A stretch of 64,000 bases of DNA from Candidatus Woesearchaeota archaeon (GCA_018302465.1 JAGVZQ010000001.1:2235-66234); one strand, 5' to 3'. Counted from the stretch's first letter, positions 19,271 to 29,876 are shown. Notes: a model not told the origin generated them from the sequence alone. Numbers and translations are program-made.

Positions 19271-20938
19271 CAGATAATTTCCGATAGCGAGATAGTCCAT
19301 TCCAGAAACCATGAATGTTCTTATTGCGTCTCTTGGAGTTAATACAATTGGCTCATTATTATCATTAAAAGAGGTGTTTAATAAAACAGGAGTTGAAGTT
19401 TGTTTTTCAAATTCTTTTATTAATTTATAATAACGTGGGTTTATTTCTTTCTTTACAGTCTGCACTCTTACTGTATTATCAACATGTGTTGCTTCTAAAA
19501 TCTCTTTTCTCTTTTCTTCTTTTACATTAAATGTTAATATCATAAAAGGGCTGTCATAAGGATCTTCAACATATTCTGGCATTGCTTCTGCCAACATTGA
19601 AGGTGCGAAAGGTCTCCAACGCTCCCTGTGTTTAACTTCTTTGTTAATTTTTTCTTTCATTCCTCTTTTTCCAGGATGACCTAAAATAGATCTTGCTCCT
19701 AACGCCCTTGGTCCAAATTCAATTCTCCCCTGATGCCATCCCACTATATATCCTTTTGCTAATTTTTCTGCTGTTATTCCTTCTATATCTTTGTAAAAAT
19801 CTGCTTTTAGTTTGCATTCATTTAATGCTTCCTTTATATCATCATTTGTATACTCTGGACCCAGGTAAGCATGCTCCATCTTAAAATAGGGCTTGTCTCC
19901 TAGTTTGGAGCTTACATACATTGCTGCTCCTAAAGCAGAGCCTGCATCATGTGCTGCGGGTTGTATGAATATATCATCTGCGAAATCCTTGAATAATATT
20001 TTAGAGTTCATATCGCAGTTTAATGAAACACCACCTGCTAAACAGAAACTTTTGTAGCCTGTTTTTTCATGCATTACAGTTGCCAAGTGCACTGCAACTT
20101 TTTCTAAAGTATGCTGTAAAGATGCTGCTAAATTTTCATGCTCTTTTGTTAACGGATCTCCTTTTTTTCTTAAGTTACTGCCGAATAATTTTGTGATTTC
20201 ATAATGCCAGTTTCTTGAGAACTCATAGCCCTCTTCTGTTAGCTTCACTATATTTTTTAAATCATAAGTTGGTTTGCCATAGCATGCAAGACCCATAACT
20301 TTTCCTTCATCACTATGGGGATTAAAGCCGAGACATTTTGTGAATGTTGAATAGAGGTTTCCCAGAGAATTATGAACTGAGAATTCTTTAAAATCATCAA
20401 TCTTTCCATTATTACCTATTGCTAATAAAGTTGAGCTGTCTTCCCCCCTTCCATCTAAGGATATTATATTTGATTTTTGGAAACCGGATGCAAAATATGT
20501 GCTTGCTGCATGAGCTGTGTGATGTGGAATGTAGACTACTTTCTTGAATATATCTTTATCATTGAAAAGATCTTTTAGCTTCATCATTTCTCTTTTATAG
20601 GTAAAATAAGCATCAACCCCTTCTAATGGGTCTCCGACATAATTATTCTTTTTTATAAATGGGTAGAATCTGAGATGTTTTAGATAAATGCCGTATCCTT
20701 TTCTCATAAAAGCTTCTGGAGTATCAAAACCTACTGCTATTTTGTCAACATCATTTAAGGTTATATTTCCTGCCTTTAAGCAGTATTTTATAGCATTTTT
20801 GGGAAGAACTCTTGGAGCGAATTTATGCCTTGTGAATCTTTCTTCTTCTACAGCTGCTACTAGCTTGCCATCTTTAATCAATGCTGCTGCATTATTCCAT
20901 GATATCGGTCCTGTTATTCCTAAGACATTCATAGGCAT
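19250..20938 (-). CDS. Carbamoyltransferase (NodU/CmcH family)
   Basis: 562 aa. N-terminal Kae1/ASKHA-like MNVLGITGPISWNNAAALIKDGKLVAAVEEERFTRHK and C-terminal carbamoyltransferase domain. The whole-length pattern is typical of O-carbamoyltransferases. Confidence 0.8.
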   Translation of the reverse strand: MPMNVLGITGPISWNNAAALIKDGKLVAAVEEERFTRHKFAPRVLPKNAIKYCLKAGNITLNDVDKIAVGFDTPEAFMRKGYGIYLKHLRFYPFIKKNNYVGDPLEGVDAYFTYKREMMKLKDLFNDKDIFKKVVYIPHHTAHAASTYFASGFQKSNIISLDGRGEDSSTLLAIGNNGKIDDFKEFSVHNSLGNLYSTFTKCLGFNPHSDEGKVMGLACYGKPTYDLKNIVKLTEEGYEFSRNWHYEITKLFGSNLRKKGDPLTKEHENLAASLQHTLEKVAVHLATVMHEKTGYKSFCLAGGVSLNCDMNSKILFKDFADDIFIQPAAHDAGSALGAAMYVSSKLGDKPYFKMEHAYLGPEYTNDDIKEALNECKLKADFYKDIEGITAEKLAKGYIVGWHQGRIEFGPRALGARSILGHPGKRGMKEKINKEVKHRERWRPFAPSMLAEAMPEYVEDPYDSPFMILTFNVKEEKRKEILEATHVDNTVRVQTVKKEINPRYYKLIKEFEKQTSTPVLLNTSFNDNNEPIVLTPRDAIRTFMVSGMDYLAIGNYLLKKSLK

Positions 20939-20964
20939 TAATCTTTAAGAAATAGTTATAAACC

Positions 20965-21597
20965 TTATGCCTTTTCTGCCTTTATTAATATACCACCAGA
21001 CAGGAATTCTACTAGAACTCTTTTATTTATGCCATATTTTTCTATTTTTGATGATTTTCCTGAACATAGGGCTATTATATCTCTATAAGTAAAATAATGC
21101 AAATGACCTCCATCATAATGCTCTTTGTCTCCCGAGGTATTTGGGAATCTTCCAGAAATGAGTTTTAAGATGTGTTTATAGTATCTTATGTTGGGGGTTG
21201 AGATGATTACATGCCCTTTTGGTTTTGTTACTCTGAAAAGCTCATTTACAAGGTTTAAAGGGTCAAATACGTGTTCTATTACATCTAAGCATACTGTATA
21301 ATCAAACATGTTATCATTAAAGGGCAACTTCTCAGTATTGATGTTAACTGTTTTTGTCTTTACTTTTTTATCTTTTAACAAAGATAAGGCTGTTTTTGAT
21401 ATGTCTGTTCCATAATATTCGTTAACTTTATCTTTTATTAAATGAAATAAAGCTCCATCTCCACATCCAACATCCAGGAGCTTATTACAATCTTTAATTA
21501 ATTTAGAAGCTTCATAAACTCTTGTTCCTTTTTTTGAATAGTCTACTTTCTGATCTTTTTTTCTATCCCAAATTTTATTGTAAACTTCTTTTTCCAT
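20965..21597 (-). CDS. Class I SAM-dependent methyltransferase
   Basis: LLDVGCGDGALF (motif I) and DYTVCLDVIEHV. Confidence 0.75.
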   Translation of the reverse strand: MEKEVYNKIWDRKKDQKVDYSKKGTRVYEASKLIKDCNKLLDVGCGDGALFHLIKDKVNEYYGTDISKTALSLLKDKKVKTKTVNINTEKLPFNDNMFDYTVCLDVIEHVFDPLNLVNELFRVTKPKGHVIISTPNIRYYKHILKLISGRFPNTSGDKEHYDGGHLHYFTYRDIIALCSGKSSKIEKYGINKRVLVEFLSGGILIKAEKA

Positions 21598-21631
21598 ACT
21601 AAAATTAATTTGAAAAGGTTTAATAAAGTTG

Positions 21632-23122
21632 TTAAGACCTTGACTTTAAGGATTTTAACATTTCCATGTCTTCTTCTTCAAATGATCTTAGAATGAACAG
21701 TATCGCTAGATAAATTAACAGAGAGATTATTGAAGATATTATTAACCCAAATAGCGAGTCTGTTAGAAGATATTTTTTTAACCATGAGATTGCAAAAAAT
21801 GCCAATATGGCTGATAAAATTATTTTTAGATAATTAATTTTGAAAGGAGTTACATGTATTATCTTCTTTGTATAAAGTAATAATGTTAATGCCATTGCAA
21901 TTAAAGAAATTCCTGTTGCCACTGCTGCACCCATCATCCCGTGTTTTGGGATTAAGATTAAATTAAGGAAGAAATTTGAAATAGCCCCTATTAATGTAAT
22001 ATAAAAAACAGATTTTGTTTTTTCTAAGGCTAATAAAATCCTATTTGATGTTAGAAATAAGTAAAATATGAAATAGCAGACCGATATTAAGACAAGAACA
22101 TTTGAACCTGCTACATATTCTTTTCCGAATAGAACGCTAAGTATTTCTTTTGGAAATGATAAAATTATTATTAAGAGCGATAAATTTATTCCAAAAATCC
22201 ATTTGGTCACTGTTTTGTATAATGAAGAAAACATGTGGGTTTTTTCCTGAGCATAAAGTTCACTTAATATTGGAAGGAATAGGACTACTAAAGCATTCGG
22301 AATTACGAGCATTAACTGGGCTGTTGGAAGCGCGGCATTGTATATTCCCACATCAGATGCATTTCTGAAATAACCAAGCATTATTGTGTCTGTCCATAGA
22401 ATCACTAAAAAGACGAAGGTGTTTAAAACTAATGGTATTGAATACATTACTAACTCTTTATTAGATTTTATTGATTTTACTTTTGTTCTAAATATTGGAA
22501 ATATTTTCTTTTCCACAATAATTAATGAGGCTATGAACGTGAAAAATACAGCTATGATATAGGCTATGCTTGCACCTATAACTCCAAAACCAAAATAAAC
22601 AAAAAGGAATGTCAGCAAGAATTTTATTGAACTTTCCCCTATATTTTTTGTATACACTTCATATTTTACTTTCTGGAATGCCCTTATAGTATTTAAGAAA
22701 ACATCTCCCAGAACAGTCAATGGAATTGATATAGACAAGATTTTTAATATTAAAGATAAATTTTCATTATGGAAAAATTTGACAGAAACAAAATCTGACA
22801 GTAGAAATAATAATAAACCAAATACTAAGCTTAACGGTAATAATATCTTTAAGGATGAAGTTATGACTCCTTTTATTCTTGGATTGTCTAACTTGCCTTT
22901 GTAATAAGAAACATATCTTTGGACTCCTACATTTAAACCTAGAGTTGAGATAACAATTAAACTTCCTGATATTGCCAAGCCTAATGATAGCAAACCATAC
23001 TGCTCTGTTCCTATTCTACCTACAATTACTCTGTAGCCATAGGACAATATTTTTGATAGAACTGTTCCTAGTAAAATAATTAACGCTCCAGAAAATATTT
23101 TCTTTAGGTGGTTTTCTTCCAT
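21632..23122 (-). CDS. Oligosaccharide flippase (Wzx-like, MOP/polysaccharide biosynthesis protein family)
   Basis: 496 aa with 12-14 predicted TM helices. N-terminal LGTVLSKILSYGYRVIVGRIGTEQYGLLSLGLA is typical of PST-family flippases. Confidence 0.75.
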   Translation of the reverse strand: MEENHLKKIFSGALIILLGTVLSKILSYGYRVIVGRIGTEQYGLLSLGLAISGSLIVISTLGLNVGVQRYVSYYKGKLDNPRIKGVITSSLKILLPLSLVFGLLLFLLSDFVSVKFFHNENLSLILKILSISIPLTVLGDVFLNTIRAFQKVKYEVYTKNIGESSIKFLLTFLFVYFGFGVIGASIAYIIAVFFTFIASLIIVEKKIFPIFRTKVKSIKSNKELVMYSIPLVLNTFVFLVILWTDTIMLGYFRNASDVGIYNAALPTAQLMLVIPNALVVLFLPILSELYAQEKTHMFSSLYKTVTKWIFGINLSLLIIILSFPKEILSVLFGKEYVAGSNVLVLISVCYFIFYLFLTSNRILLALEKTKSVFYITLIGAISNFFLNLILIPKHGMMGAAVATGISLIAMALTLLLYTKKIIHVTPFKINYLKIILSAILAFFAISWLKKYLLTDSLFGLIISSIISLLIYLAILFILRSFEEEDMEMLKSLKSRS

Positions 23123-23145
23123 CCATAAAATTATAGAAGTTTGTT

Positions 23146-23877
23146 TTAAATAACTTTGTTTCTAAGTTTTTTCTTTAATCTAATTAGATATGGGAAGATT
23201 TTATACTCTCTGCTGAAATGTAAGGCTGATTTTTCACCTTCTTTCCAGATAATAGGAATTTCTTTTATTTTGTAATTATGCCTTAATGCCCTAATTAGCA
23301 TTTCTGTATCCCATGCAACGCCTCTTTCTAGCTTTTCATCGAAGCCCATTTCATCTACAAGTTTTGTTATTACCTCTTTCTTAAAAGCTTTGAAACCACA
23401 TTCATGGTCTCTTATGTTTGTGCTGTAGTAAAACCTTACAAAAATATTGAACAAATGACTTGCTATCAATCTAGACAACTTTCTTTTTGTTTTCGAGCCC
23501 TTTACATATCTGCTCCCTGTTACAATATCATATCCTTCATTTATTGTATTTATCAGTGTTGTAAGATATTGGAGGTTGGTTGCTAAGTCCATGTCCATAA
23601 AAACTACAATATTTCCCTTAGCTTTCTTAAACGACTGAGCAAGATTTTCTCTTCTTGTAGGACCATTTTCATATCTTAGGTGTATTAAATTATGTCTCTT
23701 TTTTGAAAGCTTTTCCAGGATACTGCCAGAATTGTCTGTTGATGAATCGTCTACTACTACAAGTTCAAAATCAAATGGAAGTTTATCAATCTCTTTAAGG
23801 ATTTCTTCCACATTTCTTTTTATTATTTTTTCTTCGTTATATACTGGAATAAACAAAGAAATTTTCATTTTCTCCAT
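23146..23877 (-). CDS. GT2 glycosyltransferase (Dol-P-sugar synthase-like)
   Basis: KISLFIPVYNEEKII, VVVDDSSTDNS, VFMDMDL (DxD). Confidence 0.8.
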   Translation of the reverse strand: MEKMKISLFIPVYNEEKIIKRNVEEILKEIDKLPFDFELVVVDDSSTDNSGSILEKLSKKRHNLIHLRYENGPTRRENLAQSFKKAKGNIVVFMDMDLATNLQYLTTLINTINEGYDIVTGSRYVKGSKTKRKLSRLIASHLFNIFVRFYYSTNIRDHECGFKAFKKEVITKLVDEMGFDEKLERGVAWDTEMLIRALRHNYKIKEIPIIWKEGEKSALHFSREYKIFPYLIRLKKKLRNKVI

Positions 23878-25901
23878 TTTGATGCGATTAACAACATTAA
23901 GGTTAAAAGTATTCCTATAAGGCTTATTATTAAGTGGGAAACTCTTTTTGCGTTATAATTTAATTTTAAGATGTATTCTCCTTCAGGCAAATTCACTTTC
24001 ATTAAGCCAAATTCATCTTGTTTTATTTCTATATTTTCTTCGTTTATTGAAGCAGACCAGAATGGATGCTGGGAGAATTTTAATACTGCTTCATTTTTTG
24101 TTTTAGTATTTATGTAAAACTCCATTTTTTGGCTTTCTAAGACTAATAACTTGAATTCTGCAGGGCTTTCAAATTCAATCCATGAAGGTTCGTAATCTTT
24201 TAATTTGAAAACTGTGAAATGGCCAATTTCATATACCTGTTCGAACTCTTCGATAGTTTTTAACTTATTTTTTAGGCTATCTTCTGATGAAACTATATAC
24301 TTCCCATTTAATAATTCCATCTTCTCTACTAATTCTTCATTAGAAATGGTTGAGACTGTTTTTCCAAATAGTCTTTTTCCTTTGGTTGAGCCTATTGTTC
24401 CCTCTAGTGGATAAGGGAAGGCTCCAGACCAGCCCCCGATGTGGGAAACACCAGTATAATGGGAGGACATGGCGTATATTGAGCTTACTTCAATGTCTGC
24501 ATCCAAAACGTTATCCCATAAGTGTTGATAGATTATTCTTTCATTATTCCCGTTTACATTATTTTTTACCCAGTTCCATAATGGTAATATTTCTTCCTGA
24601 ATTATTGGAGTATTTTCAGATGTTCTTGTTAATGTTTCTTCAGGTAGGTAATAATTTATGTTTACAATAAAGAAGAGTAAAACAATTATTGTTATAATTT
24701 TTTTATAATTTTTTAAGAAATTCCAAGTTTCTAAGGTATTTTTTAATCCATAAACTGCAAAAACCAATAATGCTATTTCTAACTGGATAAAAAACCTATA
24801 GCTATGAACCCCTTTTAATATCGGAAGATTATGCAAGGAAGGAATTAAATGCCAAAATCCACTTGAAAGGATTAGTGTTATTATAATGAATATAAAAGAA
24901 GATGCTAAAACAAAGTCTTTTTTCTTTTGTTTAAAGAAATGGACAATTCCTATTACTGCAAAAAAGAAAATTATTAACTGGGGAAGGGAAGATAAAAAAA
25001 ATGTCCAGCCCATTTTCAGTATTGCAGGAAGATTAAATGAGAGTATTGCTGAAATAAAATCAGAAAACAAGTATTCTTTTGAAGCTGCAAAAAATAATGG
25101 CAGGATTGTTCTGTAAACTGTTTGAAAGACTGAGTCGCTTAAACCAAAACCATAACTTCTAGACCATGAGTCCATTAATAACAACTGGAAGGTAAAGATA
25201 ATAGTTGTTAAAAATGACAGCAAATAGATTATTGTATATGATGAGATTATTCTTTTCAGCTTTTGTTTTTTCATTAATATGTGAACTAATAGAAATACTA
25301 ATGATAAGACTACAGCGCCTATTGCTGCAAATGGGTGGGAAAATATTGTTAAGGATAGGATTAAAGATAAAACTGCAACGAGTTTCAATGAATCTGGATT
25401 TTCAAAGTATTTTATTAAGAAATAGTAGAATAATATAAAAAATCCTAACCCGAAGTAATATGTCCACATTCCTCCAAGAATTGTTAATACTACATCTCTG
25501 TATAAAACCATGTAAAGTAAAGTAAAAAACAATGCTCCAGTTTTGTGATATCTCTTTAATAATGTATAAAGAAATATGGTGGGCAATAAGTAAGCTAAAT
25601 AGACTAGTATCTTATATGATAAGATTAGGTCTATTTTGAAGATTAAGTTCATTATTGAAATTAACCAAAATCCTATTTGTGGATATAATGAAGCTAAAGG
25701 AAATCCTGCAAAATCGTGAGGAAACCATCCGTAAATCCATCCTGTGTTCTGTATAACCTCTGAGATATAAAATTTAAACTCTGAAAGATGGTAGGGATTA
25801 TCCAAATAAATTAAAAATCCTGGTCTGAATATCTTATAGAACATTAAGACAGAAAATAAAACTATCAAAATGTAAGGATAAACTTTAATTAATTTTTTCA
25901 T
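23865..25901 (-). CDS. Large polytopic membrane protein (678 aa) with extracytoplasmic C-terminal domain and final TM anchor; possible GT-C or YfhO-like glycosyltransferase
   Basis: About 13 TM helices, a ~250-aa soluble domain, then a C-terminal TM. Operonic with WecB and a GT2. Confidence 0.35.
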   Translation of the reverse strand: MKKLIKVYPYILIVLFSVLMFYKIFRPGFLIYLDNPYHLSEFKFYISEVIQNTGWIYGWFPHDFAGFPLASLYPQIGFWLISIMNLIFKIDLILSYKILVYLAYLLPTIFLYTLLKRYHKTGALFFTLLYMVLYRDVVLTILGGMWTYYFGLGFFILFYYFLIKYFENPDSLKLVAVLSLILSLTIFSHPFAAIGAVVLSLVFLLVHILMKKQKLKRIISSYTIIYLLSFLTTIIFTFQLLLMDSWSRSYGFGLSDSVFQTVYRTILPLFFAASKEYLFSDFISAILSFNLPAILKMGWTFFLSSLPQLIIFFFAVIGIVHFFKQKKKDFVLASSFIFIIITLILSSGFWHLIPSLHNLPILKGVHSYRFFIQLEIALLVFAVYGLKNTLETWNFLKNYKKIITIIVLLFFIVNINYYLPEETLTRTSENTPIIQEEILPLWNWVKNNVNGNNERIIYQHLWDNVLDADIEVSSIYAMSSHYTGVSHIGGWSGAFPYPLEGTIGSTKGKRLFGKTVSTISNEELVEKMELLNGKYIVSSEDSLKNKLKTIEEFEQVYEIGHFTVFKLKDYEPSWIEFESPAEFKLLVLESQKMEFYINTKTKNEAVLKFSQHPFWSASINEENIEIKQDEFGLMKVNLPEGEYILKLNYNAKRVSHLIISLIGILLTLMLLIASKWRK

Positions 25902-26967
25902 TTTTAATCACATTTACAATTCTTTCAGCTGCTTTTCCATCCCAGAGTTCTACCTTGTTGGATTTATCAAAATGACCATTGAGAACTGAATCCACTATCT
26001 TCCTTATTTTGTTTTTATCTAAACCTGTTAATGTGTTAGTTCCATTAGATATCGTTGTTGGCCTCTCTGTATTTTCCCTCATTGTAATGCAAGGAATATT
26101 TAATACTGTAGTCTCTTCTTGTATTCCACCTGAATCTGTTAAAACCATTTTTGAGTTCATCATAGCATTCATAAATTCAAGATAACTTAGAGGTTCTGAT
26201 AATATTATATTCTTCATTGTGTTTAACTTGCTATTTAAGCCGAATTTTTCCAGATTATTTCTAGTCCTTGGGTGGATTGGCCAGAATATTTTTATCCTTG
26301 ATTGAAGTTCATTCATTATTTCCAGGATTGTTTCAAGATTTTCTTTTTTATCTACATTTGATGGTCTATGCAATGTTAAAACAGCATAATTTTTTTCTTT
26401 TACAGTTTTTAATTTCGATGCTTTTTCTTTATGCATTAATAAAGTGTCGATCATTAAATTTCCTACAAAAAATATCTTATTCTTGTTTATTCCTTCATTT
26501 AATAGATTTTTCTCTGCATCTCTTTCTGTTATGAATAAATAATCTGATATCTGATCTGTTAAAACTCTGTTAATCTCTTCAGGCATTTCTCTGTCAAAGC
26601 TTCTTAATCCTGATTCAATATGGGCTACTTTTATTCCTAATTTAGATGCAGTAAGAGCACAAGCCAAAGTTGAATTAACATCCCCTACTACCATGACTAA
26701 ATCCGGATTTTCTTTTAGCAATACTTTTTCAAATTCCATCATTACTTTTCCAGTTTGTTCGGCATGGCTACCTGAGCCAATTCCAAGATTTATATTTGGT
26801 TCTGGGATCTCTAATTCTTTAAAAAAAGAACCAGACATCTTTTCATCATAATGCTGGCCTGTATGGACTAAAATATGGTTTATTTCTGTATGTTTAGAAA
26901 TCTCTTTAGCAAAAGATGCAATCTTAACGAAATTAGGCCTTGTGCCAACAACACTGATAATTTTCAT
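25885..26967 (-). CDS. wecB: UDP-N-acetylglucosamine 2-epimerase (non-hydrolysing)
   Basis: MKIISVVGTRPNFVKIA, HVHTGQHYD, HIESGLRSFDREMPEEINR, HRPSNVD are canonical WecB/MnaA blocks. Confidence 0.9.
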   Translation of the reverse strand: MKIISVVGTRPNFVKIASFAKEISKHTEINHILVHTGQHYDEKMSGSFFKELEIPEPNINLGIGSGSHAEQTGKVMMEFEKVLLKENPDLVMVVGDVNSTLACALTASKLGIKVAHIESGLRSFDREMPEEINRVLTDQISDYLFITERDAEKNLLNEGINKNKIFFVGNLMIDTLLMHKEKASKLKTVKEKNYAVLTLHRPSNVDKKENLETILEIMNELQSRIKIFWPIHPRTRNNLEKFGLNSKLNTMKNIILSEPLSYLEFMNAMMNSKMVLTDSGGIQEETTVLNIPCITMRENTERPTTISNGTNTLTGLDKNKIRKIVDSVLNGHFDKSNKVELWDGKAAERIVNVIKNEKIN

Positions 26968-26987
26968 AGTAAAAACTAATAAGAAAT

Positions 26988-27923
26988 CTATTTAACCTTT
27001 ATTGTGTCCTTGTAGATTTCCTTCATCCATTCTAAAGTTAGAGGAACTCCTTCTTTTAATGAAATTACAGGATTATGGCCTAGTAAAGCTTTGGCTTTTT
27101 CTATGCTTGGCTTTTTATTTATTACGTTGTGTTTATCCTCTGGAAGATATTCAACTAAGGAATCATCTATTCCAAGATAATTCAAAATTATATTGCTCAT
27201 CTCTTCTACGCTCTTATACTCTGTTCCCCCAATGTTGATTACTTCACCTGCTTTGAATTTATCAGCTGCATTTGCTAGAGTAGGGATAAAATCATCGATG
27301 TACATGAAAACTCTGTTATAACCCTTGTAGACTTGATATGGCAGCTTATGTAAGGCTCTATAACAGAATAAACATACAACACTCCTATAATTGTGATATA
27401 ATTCTCCAGGGCCATAAGCATTGAAAAATCTTAATCTCATTGTTTCTAAATTATGCTTCTTTACAGAGTTCATAATCTGCATTTCATTGACCCATTTGGT
27501 TATTGCATAATCGTTATGCTGAACAACAGGATATTTTTCCATGATATCTTCTGTCATTATAGGAAATCTCTGCTGTTCTCCGTAGACTTCAGAAGAACTT
27601 GAAAAGATTAACTTGAAATTATTTTCTCTTTGCAGTTCAATGATATTCCTCATGCCTACTGCATTTGTTTTCCATAAAGTATCATAGTATTCCTCTCCGT
27701 TGATTCTTCCGAATTCTGCTGCAAGATGATAGACATAATCAAATTTATGATGCTTAAAGGGTCTGCTTAACTGCCTAAAATTAACTACATCAGCCCTAAA
27801 ATAGTTTTGATGACGAGCATGCTGCAAATCAACACCCCATACCTCATGACCTCTTTTTAGCAATTCCCTCCTTAAAGGGACGCCTAAAGTACCTTCACAC
27901 CCTGTAATCAGGATTTTTGCCAT
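26988..27923 (-). CDS. NAD-dependent epimerase/dehydratase (extended SDR)
   Basis: MAKILITGCEGTLG (glycine-rich NAD motif), SSSSEVYG, YAITKWVNE (YxxxK). Confidence 0.75.
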   Translation of the reverse strand: MAKILITGCEGTLGVPLRRELLKRGHEVWGVDLQHARHQNYFRADVVNFRQLSRPFKHHKFDYVYHLAAEFGRINGEEYYDTLWKTNAVGMRNIIELQRENNFKLIFSSSSEVYGEQQRFPIMTEDIMEKYPVVQHNDYAITKWVNEMQIMNSVKKHNLETMRLRFFNAYGPGELYHNYRSVVCLFCYRALHKLPYQVYKGYNRVFMYIDDFIPTLANAADKFKAGEVINIGGTEYKSVEEMSNIILNYLGIDDSLVEYLPEDKHNVINKKPSIEKAKALLGHNPVISLKEGVPLTLEWMKEIYKDTIKVK

Positions 27924-28019
27924 CTTAGCTGTATAGATAGAGAAAAACTTTTTAACCTTATTGTTAAAAGAAGGCTAAAAAGCAAGTATTTTTATTATTT
28001 TCCCTGAGTTACAATAATT

Positions 28020-29189
28020 ATGAAGATTTTGATTATTACTAATACGGATTCAGACCATGTTAGGCTGGTTTATTTGATAAAAGAGCTGCTTAGCAGGGGG
28101 GAGGAAGTGCATTTAATGTGTTCTGGAAGCTCTGAGGAAGCTTTAAGAGCGATTCATAGAGAGAATATCAAACTTTATGCTTTCCCTGTTGATACAAAGA
28201 GATTTTCTAATTTTAAAATGTTTAGATATGGGATGTTCTTTTTGACTGCAAAGGGCAAAATAGAAGAGACAATTGATGAAATTAAACCTGATGTAGTCTA
28301 TGCTTATAATCTACTTTCAGGATATCCTACAATGAAAGCCTTGAAGGATAAAAATATTAAGTTCTTTTTTGATATGACTGATTTTTTCCATGACATTTTC
28401 AGAATGAAGATGAATCTGAACAAGGATAGTTTTATTATTAAAAGATTGAGAAAAATGGAAGTTGCAGTTATTAATAATGCTGATAAAGTATTTACTGTTA
28501 GTAATTCTTTTAGGAATGCAATTATGGGAATGTCTGACAAGAAAAAAGAGGATATAATTGTTGTGCATGAAGGAGCTAATCCTGAAGTGTTTAAACCTAT
28601 GGAGAAAGATGCTGAGCTTGTTTCTAAGTATGGTTTAAAAGATAAAATAGTTATTACTTTTATTGGTGGGATTGAGAAGCATGATAATTTAGATATGGTT
28701 GTTGAAGCTGGAAAAAAACTTTGCAATGAAAATAGGAAAGTAAAATTCTTAATTGTTGGAGACGGGGGGTATTTGCCAGCTGTAAAAGAGAAAGTTAAAG
28801 AAGAAGGCCTGGATGAAGAATTTGCGTTTACAGGATGGGTTCCATTCAAAATAATTAATACTTATTTATCATTAGCAGATATAGCAATACTTGTTTATTC
28901 TAATACTTTGATAACAAGATATGTTGGTACTACTAAACTTTATGAGTATTTAGCATCTGGAATTCCTGTTGTAGTTCATGATCTTCCCGGAACAAGAGAA
29001 GTATTGGAAGATGGATATGGATTATTATTCCCATGTGATAATACTGAGGAATTTACAAATCAATTAAGAAAGCTGATAGAAAATGAAAGTTTAAGAGAGG
29101 AGTTAAGCAAGAAAGGAAGAAAATTGATAATAGATAAATTTAATGTTCTAAACCAGTCTAAGAAGATGGTTGATGCAATGAAAGTTTAG
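28020..29189 (+). CDS. Glycosyltransferase family 4
   Basis: KLYEYLASGIPVVVHDLPGTREVLEDGYGLLF is the GT4 C-terminal signature. Confidence 0.8.
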   Translation: MKILIITNTDSDHVRLVYLIKELLSRGEEVHLMCSGSSEEALRAIHRENIKLYAFPVDTKRFSNFKMFRYGMFFLTAKGKIEETIDEIKPDVVYAYNLLSGYPTMKALKDKNIKFFFDMTDFFHDIFRMKMNLNKDSFIIKRLRKMEVAVINNADKVFTVSNSFRNAIMGMSDKKKEDIIVVHEGANPEVFKPMEKDAELVSKYGLKDKIVITFIGGIEKHDNLDMVVEAGKKLCNENRKVKFLIVGDGGYLPAVKEKVKEEGLDEEFAFTGWVPFKIINTYLSLADIAILVYSNTLITRYVGTTKLYEYLASGIPVVVHDLPGTREVLEDGYGLLFPCDNTEEFTNQLRKLIENESLREELSKKGRKLIIDKFNVLNQSKKMVDAMKV

Positions 29190-29240
29190 TAGTGAATTAA
29201 AAAGCGAAATAAATATATACTAAATTACTTCTTAATTTTC

Positions 29241-29876
29241 ATGCGAAAAATGAAATTGGTGATTTTTTCTTTGATTATTGTTTCTATTTTATTCATTGCT
29301 GGCTGCCAGGAAACTGTCGGTAAACCCACGCCTTCTCAGCAAAAATATTTACAGACTAATGTAAGATGTAGTGATCCTGATGCAAAATTCAATTATACTC
29401 TTGACCCCAACAGTAAGTACTACAAAAAAACAACCGTTTCTTATACTCTGAGAGGAGAAGTTATCAGTAATGTTGATGTGTGCGTTATTGCTGATAATTA
29501 CTACAACCCGGGAATAGAAGTCCAAGATTGTGCTGGAGGGACTCAGGATTGTATCGATATAGGTGTTGACTATTTTGTTAAAGAGTATTATTGTGACGGG
29601 GTGTATGATATAAAGAGTGAGTTCTTCCCATGCGAGTATGGATGTAGTAACGGGGAATGTCTAAAACGTAAAGGATGCACCGAATATACTAACCCCCCTA
29701 CCTGTACAAGGGATCCTCTATGTGCATGGCAATATAAAAAAGGTCAAATTACTGGGTTAACTAATGAGTATGAGTGCATATATCAGTGTACTGAATATAA
29801 TGGCATCAAAGATGCTTGTATCCGAGATCCTGACTGTAATTGGTATGAAGCGACTCAGCAATGTGCCAAGAAGTAA
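29241..29876 (+). CDS. Secreted Cys-rich lipoprotein (archaeal lipobox-like IAGC); paralog of 50844-51305
   Basis: Signal peptide MRKMKLVIFSLIIVSILFIAGCQETVG, and 20 Cys in the mature part. Confidence 0.5.
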   Translation: MRKMKLVIFSLIIVSILFIAGCQETVGKPTPSQQKYLQTNVRCSDPDAKFNYTLDPNSKYYKKTTVSYTLRGEVISNVDVCVIADNYYNPGIEVQDCAGGTQDCIDIGVDYFVKEYYCDGVYDIKSEFFPCEYGCSNGECLKRKGCTEYTNPPTCTRDPLCAWQYKKGQITGLTNEYECIYQCTEYNGIKDACIRDPDCNWYEATQQCAKK

